64,000 bases of DNA from the human T2T-CHM13v2.0 reference genome, Homo sapiens. Shown piece after piece: positions 27,501 through 40,260 of the stretch. Made by a program: the position numbers and the translations under genes. Each line of letters opens with the position of its first letter. The first letter of the stretch is position 1. The notes under the pieces are model-generated. The model worked only from the letters and a program-made list of their open reading frames with translations, had not been told where the DNA came from and did not search any database. The DNA lies in NCBI RefSeq assembly GCF_009914755.1, contig NC_060930.1; one strand, 5' to 3'.

Positions 27501-28714
27501 TTTGAATTTTGGCAGTATCAGTTGTAATGTCTGCTTTTTCATATCTGATTTTATTTATTTGGATATTTTCTCTTTTTTCTTAGTTGGGCTAAGTTTTGCC
27601 AATTTTGTTTAACATTTCAAAGAACCAACTTTTTCTTTCACTGATCTTTTTGTATTGTTTGCTTCACTTCAATTTCATGTATTTATGCTCTGATCTTTAT
27701 TATTTCTTTTTTTCTACTAATTTTGGATTTGGTTTGCTCTTGCTTTTCTAGTTCTTTAAGATGCATTGTTAGATTGTTTACTTGGAGTTTTTCTCTTTTT
27801 TTGATGCAAGCACATTATTCCTCTAAACTTTCTTCTTAGTACTGCTTTTGCTGTATCCCAATAGATTTTGGTATGTTGTGCTTCCATTACTATTTGTTTC
27901 AAAAAATTTTCAATGTCCTTCTTAATTTTTTCACTGATTTATTGATCATTCAGGAGCATATTTTTAATTTCCATGTGTTTGTACAATTTCCAAAATTCCT
28001 CTTGTTATTAACTTCTAGCTTTATTCTATTGTGGCCACAGAATATGCTTGATATTATTTCAATTTTTTGCATTTTTAAGACCTTTTTGAGGCCTAACATA
28101 TGGTCTATCCTTGAGAATAATCTATGTGCTGAGGAAAAGCATGTGTATTCTGCAGCTCTTGGATAAAATGTTCTGTAAATATTTATTAGGTCCTTTTGTT
28201 CTGAAGTGCAGATTAAGCCTGATGTTTCTTTGTTGTTTTTCTGTCTGAAAGATATGTCCAATGCTGAAAGTGGGGTGTTGAAATCTCCAGCTGTTATAGT
28301 ATTGAAGCCTATCTCTCTAGCTCTAGTAATATTTGCTTTCTATATCTGAGTGCTCCATGTTGGGTGCATATATATTAAGAATGGTTACGTCCTCTTGCTA
28401 AATTGATCCCTTTATTATTATGTAGTGACCTTGTCTCTTCTTATAGTTTTAGTCTTGAAATAACATACAATATATAATATATTTTCATATTATTATGATA
28501 TATAATATGCTTATATATAATGTATATTTTAATATATTTTGTCTGATATAAGTATAGCTACTTCTGCTCTTTTAGTGGTTTCTATTGGCCTGGAATATGC
28601 TTTTCTATCCCTTTATTTTTAGTCTATGTGTGCAATTTTAGGTGCAAGATGTTTCTTGTAAGCAATAGAACAATGGATTTTGTTTTTCATCCATTTTGCC
28701 ACTCTATGCCTTTT

Positions 28715-29026
28715 TTGTTTGTTTGTTTTGTTTTGTTTTTTGAGACAGTGTCTTGCCCTTGTTGCCTAGGATGGAGTGCAATGGCGCAATCTCGGCTCAC
28801 CGCAACCTTCGCCTCCTGGATTGAAGCGATCTCCTGCCTCAGGCTCCAGAGTAGCTGGGATTACAGGTATGTGCCGCCATGCCCAGCTAATTTTGGATTT
28901 TTTTTTTAGTAGAGACAGGGTTTCTCCATGTTGGTCAGGCTGGTCTTAACTCCTGACCTCAGGTGATCCACCCACCTTGGCCTCCCAAAGTGCTGGGATT
29001 ACAGGCATAAGCCACCGCGCCTGGCC
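28715..29026 (-). mobile_element. AluSp-like element inside the L1MA1
   Basis: Diagnostic tttctccatgttggtcaggc and ctcaccgcaacc. TSD ctatgcctttt 28704-28714 / ctatgtctttt 29027-29037. Confidence 0.95.
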
Positions 29027-31493
29027 CTATGTCTTTTGATTGGAGAGTTTAGTCCATTTACTTTCAACGTTATTATTGATAAGTATGGACTTACTCCTGC
29101 CATTTTGTTATTTGTTTTCTCATCGTTTTTGGCCTTCTCTTCCTTCTTTCCTTTCTGTCTTCCTTTAGTGAAGGTTATTTTCTCTGGTGATATGATTCAG
29201 TTTCTTGCTTTTTATTTTTTGTATATGCATTGTATTTTGGTTTCAGGTTACCACAACGGTTGCAAATGCTATCTTATAACCCACTATTTTAACCTGATAA
29301 CTACTTAATACTGTTTGAATAAACAAACAAGCAAAAGAAAACTAATAAAAACTCGATGCCTTAATATTGTCCCTGCTTTATAACTTTTTGTTGTTTCCAT
29401 TTATATGTCTTGAAAAATCGCTCTAGTTATTATTTTTGATCAGATCATTTAGTCTTTCTACTTAGGATAAGAGTAGTTTATACACCACAGTTACAATGTC
29501 ATAATGTTTCTCTGTTTTCCTGTGAACTTACTATTATTGGTAAGTTTTGTACCTTCAGGTGATTACTTATTGCTAATTAACTTTCTTTTCTTTCTGATTG
29601 AAGTACTGTCTTTAACATTTCTTGTAAGACAGGTCTGGTGTTAATGAAATATCTCGGCTTTTGTTTGTGTGGGAGAGTCTTTATTTCTCTTTCATGTTTG
29701 AAGGATACTTTTGTTGGATATACTATTCTAAAGTATTCTTTTTTCTTTGCACATTTTAAATATGACGTATTATTTCTCCTGGACTGTAATATTTCCACTG
29801 AAAAGTCTCCTGCCAGACATATTGGAACTCCATTGTATGTTATTTGTTTCTCTTCTTTTGTTGCTTTTAGGATTCTTTCCTTATGCTTGACGTTGGGAGT
29901 TTGATTATTAAGTGCCTTGAGGTAATCTTCTTTGGGTTAAGTCTGCTTGGTGTTCTACAACCTTCTTGTATTTGGATATTGGTATCTTTCTCTAGGTTTG
30001 GGAAGTTCTCTATTATTATCTCTTTGAATAAACTTTGTACTCCTATCTTTTTCTCTACTTTCTCTTTAAGGCCCATAACTCAGATTTGCCCTTTTGAAGT
30101 GATTTTCTAGATCCTGTAGGTGTGTATCATTGTTTTTTATTCTTTTGTCTTTTGTCTCTTCTGACTGTGTATTTCCAAATAGCCTGTCTTCAAGCTCACT
30201 AATTCTTTCTTGTGCTTGATCAATTCTTCTCTTAAAGGATTCTGATACATTTTTCAACTCCAGAATTTCTGCTTGATTCTTTTAAATTATTTCAATATCG
30301 TTGTTTATTTTTTTCTGATAGAATTCTGAATTCCTTCTGTGTGTTATCTTGAATTTTTTTGAGTTTCCTCAACACAGGTATTTTGAATTCTGTGTTGAAA
30401 AGATTACATTTTCTGTTTCTCCAGGATTGATTACTAGTGGCTTATTTAGTTCATGTTGTGAGGTCATTTTCCTGGCTGGTGTTGATGCTAGTAGATGTTC
30501 TTTGGTGAATGGACATTGACAAGTTAGGGATTTACTGCAGTCTTCGCTGTTTGGGCTTGTTTGTACCTGTATCTCTTAACGCTTTCCATATATTCTAAAA
30601 AACTTGGGTGTTGTGATCTGAGCTGCATCTGCTTTAGGGAGTACCGCAAGCCTGGTAACACTGGTTCTTGCAGACTTGTAGAGGTACTGCTTTGATGTTC
30701 TTGGACAAGATTCAGGAGAATTCTCTGGATTACTAGACAGACTCTTGATCTCTTCCTTCTACTTCTCCTAAACAAATGGAGTCTTTTTCTATTCTGAGCC
30801 ATCCAGCTGGGGATGGAGTGACACAAACACCCCTGTGGCCACCACCCCTATGACTATGCTGAGTCACACCTGAAGCCAGCACAGCACTGGGTCTCCCTCA
30901 AGGCCTACTGTAACCACTCCCTGGCTACAGCCTATGTTTGCTCAAGGCCATGGGGCTCTGCAATCAGCAGGTGGCAAAATCTGCCAAAACTGTGAACTGT
31001 CCTTCCCTTTAGGGTAGCAAGTTCCCGCAGGACCCAGGTGGGTCCGAGGTCCAAGGTGCCATCTGGAAGAAGGGACTAGGGTCAAAAACCTTAGAAGTCT
31101 ACTTGGTGTTCTATTGTACCGTGGCTGAGCTGGCACTCAATCCACAAGACACAATCCGTCGCACTGTTCCCCACCCTTTCCAAAGGCAGAGGAGCCTCAC
31201 TTTGTAGCCACTGCCACCCAGGCACAGGGAATACTGCCACACTACTGCTGATGTTCCCTTAAGGCCCAAGGGCAGTGAGCTCCCTTCTGGCCCACGGCAC
31301 ATCCCAAGATGCTACCCAAGGGCTCTGAAGTCAGCTTGTGGTGAATACTGTCTGGCCTGGAGCTCACTCTTCAGGGCAGTGGGCTCCCTTCTGGCCCAGG
31401 GAGGTCCAAAGATGCTGCCTAAGATTCAAGTCCTGAAATCAGGGACCCCAAGAACCCACCTGGTGCTCTACTCCCCTGTGGCTGTGCTGGTAT

Positions 31494-32306
31494 TGAAATG
31501 GGAAAATTTCTCTTGTCTCCCTTGCAGGGTGTGTGATGAGGGTGTGGCTCACTTCTTCAGTGTCCGGCTGCTCAAACCTCTAGGGGAGCATACAGATGGG
31601 CAGGCTGTGGAGCTCTGATCCCATGGCAGTGTCTAGGGGTGAATGTTTACAGCTGAAGCCCCAGTGGGCATGTGTTACAGGGTGCTCTTTTAGTTTATCT
31701 GCCCATCAGCAGCTTCTGTTAGTCAACTCAATTAGATCCCTGTCTTATTGCAAGGATAGAGGGCTCTCTGTATCCCAGGGTTCTTAGCTTGGTGTATGGG
31801 AAGAATTGGATCATATGTGGGCTTGGGGAATGACTGCAAAGTTTTCGTGAGTAGAATTAGCTCTCAGCAGACTGTGGAGCCAGAAAGGACATGGTATTCC
31901 CCTGGGGTTGGGCCACTTGGCAGCCCGGGCTCTCCTACGACTGCCCCAGCCAAACTCCATGTTGTTCCACCTGTCAATGGCCTGCTGACGTGGTGGTGTG
32001 CTCCTGTGGTGGTGTGCTCCTATGCCAGTGTGTTCCTCTTGACGTCCAGCCGCCCATGTGTTCCTCCACTGATATGCTCCTGTAGATGTCCAGCTGCCTG
32101 TGTGTGTGCCTGCTGGGGTCTCAGGGTTTTTATAGGCACATGATGGGGACTTGACAGGCCAGGTGGTCTTGGGAAATGCAACATTTGGACTCCAAGGCAG
32201 GAGTGCTCATCTTCACCTAGGTCCATGGGCACAGGCCTAGGGGTGGAGCCCTTGCCAGGGACTAGCCCTTCTCCTCCCAGCACCTCCCTGCCCTGCTTCC
32301 GCATCA
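31494..32306 (-). mobile_element. ERV1 solo LTR, 813 bp (LTR27/LTR28/MER52 group), inside the L1MA1 5' UTR
   Basis: TG…CA termini (minus strand starts tgatgcggaagcagggcagggaggtgctggg and ends ttcccatttca). 4-bp TSD gtat 31490-31493 / gtac 32307-32310. TATA-like cctataaaaa on the minus strand near 32130. Exact family uncertain. Confidence 0.88.
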
Positions 32307-33559
32307 GTACCTAAGGAGTCAAACAAAGTCTCCTTTACTTTGCACTCTACTTTTCTCAAGCACGAGGAGTTTGGCCCCACAGCCACCACAGCTGGAAATG
32401 TGCTGAGTCTCACCTGAAGCCAGCAAGTCTCAGAGGCTCACCCAAGGCCCTCAACTTAGTACCTGGTTATCACTGCTGATTGTTTAGGGCCCAAGGGCTC
32501 TTTAGCTAGTAGGTGATGCCAGTACTGGGCCTTTTCATCCAAGGCAATGGCCCAGGGTGTGTCCAGAAATGTCATCCAGGAGCTGGATCCTGGATTGTGG
32601 GCCTCACAACTCTGACTGGTGCCCTATCCTGCTGTGGTTGAGGTAGTATCCAAGATGCAAGACTAGTTCTTCCCACTCTTCTGTCTCCTCTCCTCACGCA
32701 GAAGGAAGGGTTCTCTTTTGGAGTCATAAACTGTGCAGACAAGGGTTATGGGACGGGTGATGCCAGCACTCTCTTAGCCATCCTAGGTGGTATCTTAGTA
32801 GGTCATATGTCCCCCAAGTCCACTGTCTCTGAGTCCAGTTTAGTACTAGGACTTTCCTATGAGTTACAGTACTTATGGCCTAGCCTGCCTTTCCAGTTTA
32901 TTTAGAGCACAAAGCACTTAGCCCATGGCAATAAAGTTTCAAGGAACTCAAGTTTGGTTCTCTGGGATCAGCGATCCCCTCTGGCTAGGGCTGTTTTAAA
33001 TGTTTTCTCCATGGGCAGGCATCAACAGAGTATGGTCCACTTTTCCTTTCTGCTCTAACAGGACAGCAGTACTGAGTCCAATGCCTCACCATTACTGTGC
33101 CCTCCCCCAGTACCCAGAGATGCTCTGCATACCACACTGCCCCTGCTGTGGGGGTGGGGGAGCGGTGGTGTCCATGATTCGAAACTGTTTTTTCTGTCTC
33201 TTCAGTGCCTCTTTCAGTGATACAGAGTTAAAACCAGGCACTCACCTGATTTTTGGTTCTTATGAAGGTGTTTTTCTCTTTGTAGACAGCTGTTAACTAG
33301 GTGTCCTTGTGGGGATGGAAGACAATCAGTGGAGCCTTCTATTCCACCATCTTGCTCCCTCAATCTCTTTGATTACTTCCTTTTTGTTTGCTTGTTTTTA
33401 TGTTAGAATATTTCCTTGATGTCTAATGTTTCTTGGATATCTGCTCATATTTATGAGTGAGAAACTTAAAAGTTGTTTGAAGCTTTGGTTGTGTAGGTAT
33501 TGTTTATTGACTATTGGGTAGGACACTATAGAGTGATTTAACAGAGAACCTGTTGTTAT

Positions 33560-33705
33560 TTTCTGTGTGACCTTCAACAAGTAGCCTAATCTTTTCTCTT
33601 TTCATTTGTAAAAACTGGTGGATAATGGAGCTCAGTTCAGAGGTTGATTTGGAAATCATATAGAACAATAAATTTACAATGCCTCAAGTGCCTCCCACAG
33701 TCAAT
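33560..33705 (+). mobile_element. MIR fragment
   Basis: tgtgtgaccttcaacaagtagcctaatc…ttcatttgtaaaaa (MIR core). Confidence 0.6.
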
Positions 33706-33708
33706 GTA

Positions 33709-34331
33709 TGATGCCAAACCCCTATTAACCTCAATAAGGAAGGCATCAGGTTCAAGATACCCAAGAAGAGGCCCAGAGCCAGCTAAAGAGACATGGGGTT
33801 TTATTAGGGGATTATATACAGGGAAGAGAGTCCAGTAGCAGAGGGCAGGATAGGAGAACTGCCTTACATACAGAAACAGTCCAATGGCAGCAGGCTGGAC
33901 AAGACATTCACCTCACATACAGTCCACTGGTGGTGGGCCTTATGTATCTGCCTTCCTATAGTCCAGTGGTAGTGGGCTGTACAAGATAATGGCACAGCCA
34001 AGTGGCAGTGGGCTGGGCAGGAAAATGACAACCACTTACAAACAGCATGCAGTTTATGTAGCATTTTCACTTAATACCTACCCGTTAATGACCTCCAACT
34101 GACAGCCTTCATTTAACCCAAAACTCAGGGCCCTAATCCCCTGTATGGCCTGTGTTCCACAGGATGGGGTGAAGGCTCAGATGCTCTTCATGGACAAGGA
34201 ACAAATCTCCAGGTTGGCCACTGCTGATTCCTTAGCTCAGAATACATATTCAGGTGCATCTACCATACAGGGTTATTTTAAGAATATGCTTAAGTTATTG
34301 TTATTGTTATCAGATATGTTTACTCTCCAGA
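33709..34331 (-). mobile_element. MER67-family ERV1 LTR
   Basis: ggttggccactgctgattccttagctc…attcaggtgcatctaccatacagggt…tatgcttaagttattg. About five internal 40-50-bp repeats (agtccagtgg…gggctg) at 33829-34023. Confidence 0.8.
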
Positions 34332-34444
34332 TGTATTTGTTTTGTCTGCAATATAAACAACTGTTTAGACAGCTTACTGCAGGATCAGGCAGAAATTGAG
34401 TTTTGTATAGTCCTTTGTTTCTCTCCCCAGTTTGTAGGGTTGTC

Positions 34445-34690
34445 TACTGAACATAGGGTTTAGAACATGAATTGCAGATTTGAATAGATTTGTTTTTTGA
34501 CTCCTGCCCTACCTGTTCTTTAGTGTGTAACTCTGGGCAAGTTACTTTAGCTCTTTGCTTTTCAGTTTCGTCATTTCAAAAATTGACATTATAATAAATA
34601 GTATCTATGTTACAAAGTTTTTTGTGTGGAATAAATGAGATACTGCATATAAGGTGCTTAGCACATAATAGAAGCTTAATAAATTTGACC
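34445..34690 (+). mobile_element. MIR
   Basis: ctctgggcaagttactt…cagtttcgtcatttcaaaa…aaggtgcttagcaca. Confidence 0.8.
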
Positions 34691-34886
34691 AATAATGATA
34701 ATATTGCAAATTACAACAGTAGCCACATATGTTTGATAAGAATTACTAGTTAATTCATTACAAATGCACATTTTTCTGTCCCATTGTCTTTTTCATTGAT
34801 TCTCCAAATCCCTTGATAAGGATAGAGATGGCATGTATTCATCAGGTAAACCCCAGATTAAGAATTTGACATAATATATTTTAAAG

Positions 34887-35099
34887 TAGAGTTTGGTAAA
34901 CCTTTTGTATAAAGGACCAGATAGTAAGTATTTTAGATGTTGTTGTCTCGGTCGAACTACTCAGCTCTACTTCTGTGTCGTGAAAATGGCTATAGACAAT
35001 ATATAAATGAATGGATGTGTCTACATTCCAATAAAACTACTTACAAAAACAGGCAAAGGAGAGGAATTTGGTCCATGGGCTATAGTTGACCAAACCCTG
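34887..35099 (+). mobile_element. MER58A (hAT-Charlie)
   Basis: taaaggaccagatagtaagtattttag…actactcagctct…ttccaataaaact…gggctatagttgaccaaaccctg. Confidence 0.88.
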
Positions 35100-35914
35100 C
35101 TTTATACAACGTGGTTCTAGGTTAGAATAACAACAGATTTGACATAGTCCTGTTGCTATTGCAGACAAAGAAGTAGACATTCTTGACACTTTTCTGCATA
35201 TCTCATTATTGGCTAGATAATTCATTATTGGCTAGATAACTGTTTCCTTTCTTATATGTTCTAAAGTGTTTTCCTATAAATGAACATCTTCAGAAGCTAT
35301 TTACATTAAGATGCATGTGGCGTTAAACCAGTAAGTGCATAGCAAGACCATTAGCAAACAAAAGTTTGTTTCATTTTTTCCCTTATCCTTCTGTCTCTAA
35401 GGATGATGTCAAACCCATGTATCTCAACAACCACTTTGAATCTACTTACAATTGATGGTAAATGCACAGAAGTGTTTTTCCCCTCAAATTTGTTCTTATA
35501 AAAGAGATTCTGATTTTAAGGGACTCTGTAAAAGATAATGAATCATTATGAAAAGATGACTCACCTAGAAGGAAAGCAAATCTCTGTAATAGTGCAACTT
35601 GGGAAAACATTTTTTTAAAAAGTAAAATCCACATATATAAAACTTAAGTGTCTGGTATAGTTGTATGGGAAATAATTTATATCACATTTGTGAAATATTT
35701 TACCCATTTAAGATATAGTTTGACTTAATATCTTTTAAGAAATTATATGTTAATTTGGCAATCATATGAGAATATGGATGTGTTATGCCTATTAACCATA
35801 GGCCTAGAACAATAGACTTCTCTCTGGCTACTCTTTACGGTAATAATAGTTTACATGTTGTTAGGCTATATTTTTATATGATAAAAATATGATAAAACAA
35901 AAGGAAAATTGTGC

Positions 35915-38340
35915 TTATTGATCAGTCAACCAACCAATAAATATTCATTATTAAGTCCTAGACAGAGGGTCAAACGCCACACAGGATTCAGAAGTACATG
36001 TCATGGCCCTTGTACTGACCACGTAATAATGGTAACTGTAGGAATTTATAGGAGAAAGAATACGGGGATTGAAATATTTGAGTAGACTTCATGGAGAAGA
36101 TGACACTTGAAAGAAAGAGTTCAAATGAATACAGAAGGAAGGACATGGTAGGAACATCATGACCGAATATGTAAGTATGTCATGGCGGGTTTGCTGAAGA
36201 GACTAGAATGACTAGAGCACTTGGGGCATGTAGGGACAAGTGGCAGATAAGCCAGATAATTGTTCTGCTCTAAAGAACAGAAGATACTAAAGAGAAGACA
36301 CATGTCCTCCTACCTTCAAGAAGCGTAGTCTCCAGGTAGAGAGACAAATTGCATACTCTGGAACCATTTGTAACAAAGCACAGAATCTGCTAAGAGTCAA
36401 CTGAGTGATACAGACAATACCTTTACCTGTTAAATGGTTACAGAGGAAGAGTAGCTCATTCACTGCAAAATGGATAAGGCTTTAAGGAGGAGGCAGAATG
36501 AGATCATTACTTTGAAGAATAATTAGAATTTGATTATTTAAGGGGACTATAAAATGTCATAGAAGTAATTGTGTAGGGGAAGTCATTGAAGCCTAAGTGT
36601 GCCAGACTAATTTATAAGACAGCAAATAGACTTGACTGCTGGAGTAGAAACTGCATTTTAGAAACTAAAAATAGTTTATGTATTTATTGTGCATTTACTA
36701 TGAGCTGGATATCTATTTTATTTCACTTAATCTAGTCTTCTATCTCAGGAATTAGAGTATATTACTCCCCTCCTTTGCAGATGAAAACACTGAGACTTTA
36801 AGGAATGAAGAAATGTGGATGTAATCATGTACAAACTGATAACCACTGAAGGTTATAAAAAGGAGAGTGATAAATAATTTAGGATGAGTTGTCTGTCATC
36901 AGTTTCTCAGAGTGTTATACAAAGTAGCGTTGTAGGATTTAAAAGACCAGACTCAAAGAGGTTAGGGCATAAACAAGTGCTATGTGTCATATGCAGAATA
37001 CAATCAAGACTGTTGACTAGTATGGGAAAGAGGTATGGTTACTGGTAGAATGGAAGCTGAAAAAAATGATAAAATTAAGGGGTTTCAGTTGATAATAGAC
37101 TATTCAAGTAAAAAGGTCTTTTATGAAATTATACACAGTATAATTTTGAATTGAGGTATTATTTGAAATATAAATTGGGAAATTATCGTAAAATATCTAG
37201 TTGAAGCATTGAGATGAGATGAAAGCAACATGAGTATTGAGTTTTGGAAAAGGCTTACGAGTTAAGCGAGAGGTATGAAATCGTAGGAGAGGAAGGGGGT
37301 GGCTGGATGGGTAGGGGAAGTACTAATCTTAATGCCACAGAAAAAAGTACTTCAGGAAGGAATGTCAATAATAACCAGAGTTAAATTGAATTCAATGAAA
37401 ATACACAAGCAGGTTTCAACAACAGCAATAACAACAACAACACACACAAACACACATACATATAACCACTAGACAACTTAGCACAGGTGTTAACAAAATG
37501 GTGAAGATGAAATTCAAAAAAATAGGAGTTGCAACAAAACTTGGAAAATTCGAAACTTGGAAAATTCTAAGGATAAATTTGAGGATGTTTGAGAATAAAA
37601 AAAAACAGTTAAAATATAACCTAGAAGAACATCAAGGTCAAGAAAATGTCTTCTTCCTACCTCCAACTTACTTTAATTATAGGAGACCCTAGCTTGCTTA
37701 TGTGCAAGAGAAAAGAAGTCAGTTGACATAAAATAGAATATTAATAGTAATAATAACAATAGGGGCTATAATACAAATAACAAACTGAGTCAGGATCCAC
37801 CTTTCTATGTATGGAATAAAGAGCATCTATTTGAAAATTGGCTTTCTAATTTATAAGCTGTGAGATATTGAATAACTCCCGGATTCATTTTGTCTTAATT
37901 CCCTAATCTATAAGATGAAAATAATACTCATTCATTTGCCCCAGATATATTAATTAAGCAATCATAATGTTTCAGACACTGTGCTAGGGTTCAAACACTG
38001 TAGTAAAGATATGGGCTTCAGGACATTAATAGTTTAGGGAATGAGATGATGAGTAAATAAACAATTAGATTACAGGGTTAAGAGCAACAATATATATTTG
38101 AACAAGGTGCTGTGAGAACACAAAGGCAGCACATTTAAATTTAACTAGTGTAATTAAATGAAGAAAAAATAGAGAGGTTAGTCAAGTGATCAGATTAGGG
38201 GGCCACTCAAGGCAGAAGGCAAGTTTACAAAGATACAAAGGTTTGAAATAACATGATCCTTTTTTTTTTTAAATACAAACATGTACTTTGGATGACTACA
38301 CAGAAAACCACATGTTAGAGATGTGGTGGGAATTTAGAGA
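35915..38340 (-). mobile_element. Mosaic of highly decayed L2 fragments with MIRs (about 36670-36850 minus; about 37780-37925 plus)
   Basis: Purine-rich antisense L2 motifs (aatattcattattaagtccta; gacttcatggagaagatgacacttgaa; cattcatttgccccagatatattaattaagc…cagacactgtgctagg). MIR core gcagatgaaaacactgagact. Confidence 0.55.
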
Positions 38341-38342
38341 AG

Positions 38343-38813
38343 TGTGATAGGTAGTTTCTCAATAATCCTACCTCCTAGTATTCACACATTCATGTAATAT
38401 TCTCTCCATGAGCGCAGGTTGATTTAGTGACTTTCTTCTAACTTATACAATATAGCAAAAGTGATGAGATGTCACTTTCATTATTCGATTACAGAGAATT
38501 TTAACTTCTATCTTGCTAGCAGAGTATCTTTCTATGTTTCATGAAACAAGTTACCATGTTAGAGAGGTCCACATAGCAAAAAATTGAGGGTAGCCTCTGG
38601 CGAACTACAAACAAAGAACTGTGACCTTTAATACAACAATCCACATTGAACTGAATCTTGCCTATAATGAATGCTCTTGGAAGAAAATTCTGCCCCAGTT
38701 GAACTTTGATTGCAGCCTTGTGAGAGACCCTGAAGCAAAGTATTCAGCTAAACATTGCCAAAATCCTGATAGAAACTTTTACAGTTTCTATTTTACATAA
38801 TAAGTGTGTTTTT
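38343..38813 (+). mobile_element. MLT1F/G-like MaLR LTR
   Basis: cctcctagtattcacacattcatgtaat…gcaaaagtgatgagatgtcacttt…ttgattgcagccttgtgagagaccctgaagca. Confidence 0.82.
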
Positions 38814-38814
38814 A

Positions 38815-40168
38815 AATGTTCTTATTTTCGTAAAACGTACATAACATAAAATTTACCCTCAACCATTTTAAGTATGCAGATCAGTGATATTAGACTCATA
38901 ATGCTGTGCAACCATTGGCATCATCCATTTCTCTAACACTTTCATCTTGTAAAACTGATACTCTGTACCCATTAAACAATGAGAGTCTGTTCTCTCACAT
39001 CCACCCAACCCTAGACAACCATCATTTTACTTTCTGTTTTTATGATTTTGACGATTCTACATACCTCATAGAAGTGGAATCATACAGTATTTGTCTTTTT
39101 GTGACTAGTTGATTTCACTTAGCATAATGTCCTCAAGGTTCATCCATGTTGTAGCGTATATTTGGATTTTCTTCCTCTTTAAGCTTCAATAATATTTCAT
39201 CCTATGCATATACTACATTTTGCTTACCAATTTATCTGTTGATAGTGTCTTGGGTTGCTTCCATGTCTTGGCTATTGTAAAAATTGCTACTATAAACATG
39301 GGTATACAGATATCTCTTTGAGACCCTGCCTTCAATTGTTTTGTATATCTACCCAGAAGTGAAATTGCTACATCATATGATAATTCTATTTTTAATTTCT
39401 GGAGGAATCACCACATTGTTTTCCAAGCAGTGGTACCATTTTACCTTGTCACCAGTAGTGCACAAGGGTTCTGACTTCTCCACATTCTTGCCAACATTAG
39501 CTGTTTTCTGGGTTTTGTTTTTTTTTTATTTTGTTTTTGTAGCCATTCTGATGAGGCTATTATCATTAGTCTCATTATCATAATGTGAGGTGCTATCTTA
39601 TTGTAGTTTTGATTTGCATTTTTCTAGTGATTAGTAATGCTAAGTATTCTTTCATGTGCTTATTAGCCATTTGTATATCTTTTTTGGAGAAATGACTACA
39701 TAAGTCCTTTGCCTATTTTTGAATCAGGTTGTTTGTTTTGTTGTTGTTGTTGTTGAGTTTTAGGAGTTCTCTGTATACTCTGGTTATCTACCCCTTATCA
39801 TATATGTGATTAGCAAATATTTTCTCCAATTCTGTGGATCACCTTTTAATTCTGTCAATAGTGTCTTTGATGCATAATTTTTAAAAATGTTCATGAAGTT
39901 CAATTTGTTTATTTTTTCTATTGTTGTCTGTGTATTTGGTATCATATCCAAGAAATCACAGCCACATCCAATCTCATGAAGCTTTTACTGTATGTTTTAG
40001 ATATTACATCTAGGCCTTTGATGCATTTTGAGCTAACTTTTGTATATGATTTTAGGTAAGGGCCCAATTTGATTATTTTGCATGTGAATATCTAGTGACC
40101 CTAGCAACATTTATTGAAGATTGCCCTTTTCCCATTGAATGGTTTTGGAACCCATGTCAAAAATTATT
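38815..40168 (-). mobile_element. L1MB (L1MB2/3-like) 3' end
   Basis: cataacataaaatttacc…ctctgtacccattaaacaa…acctcatagaagtggaatcatacagtatttgtc; antisense ORF2 extends to ~40168. Confidence 0.9.
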
Positions 40169-40228
40169 TGAAGAAAAATGAACAGAGCCTAAGGGACCTG
40201 TAGAATACCATCTAACAGACTTAATGGA

Positions 40229-40260
<32 letters not shown>

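Larger units (their letters stand above)
24567..33357 (-). mobile_element. Near-full-length degraded L1MA1 (L1M1-type 5' end), carrying a nested AluSp and an ERV1 LTR
   Basis: 3' end tttgatacaggcatgc…ataagcacaacatggagaatgg…cccctcaagcatttatcc. ORF2 remnants (25804-26028, 27950-28261) and ORF1 remnants (29577-30257). Long GC-richer 5' UTR ending in minus-strand ggagcaagatggtggaatagaaggctcc. Degenerate TSD cctcactgtctgt / cctcaatctcttt. Confidence 0.93.

Noticed and set aside
30550-33357. CpG island or gene promoter in the GC-richer region
   Set aside because: It is CpG-depleted and fully explained by the L1M1 5' UTR and the nested LTR.
33829-34023. Repeat-spacer-like array that could suggest CRISPR
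   Set aside because: The units are degenerate and irregular and lie inside a MER67-type LTR in a mammalian genome, with no cas genes.
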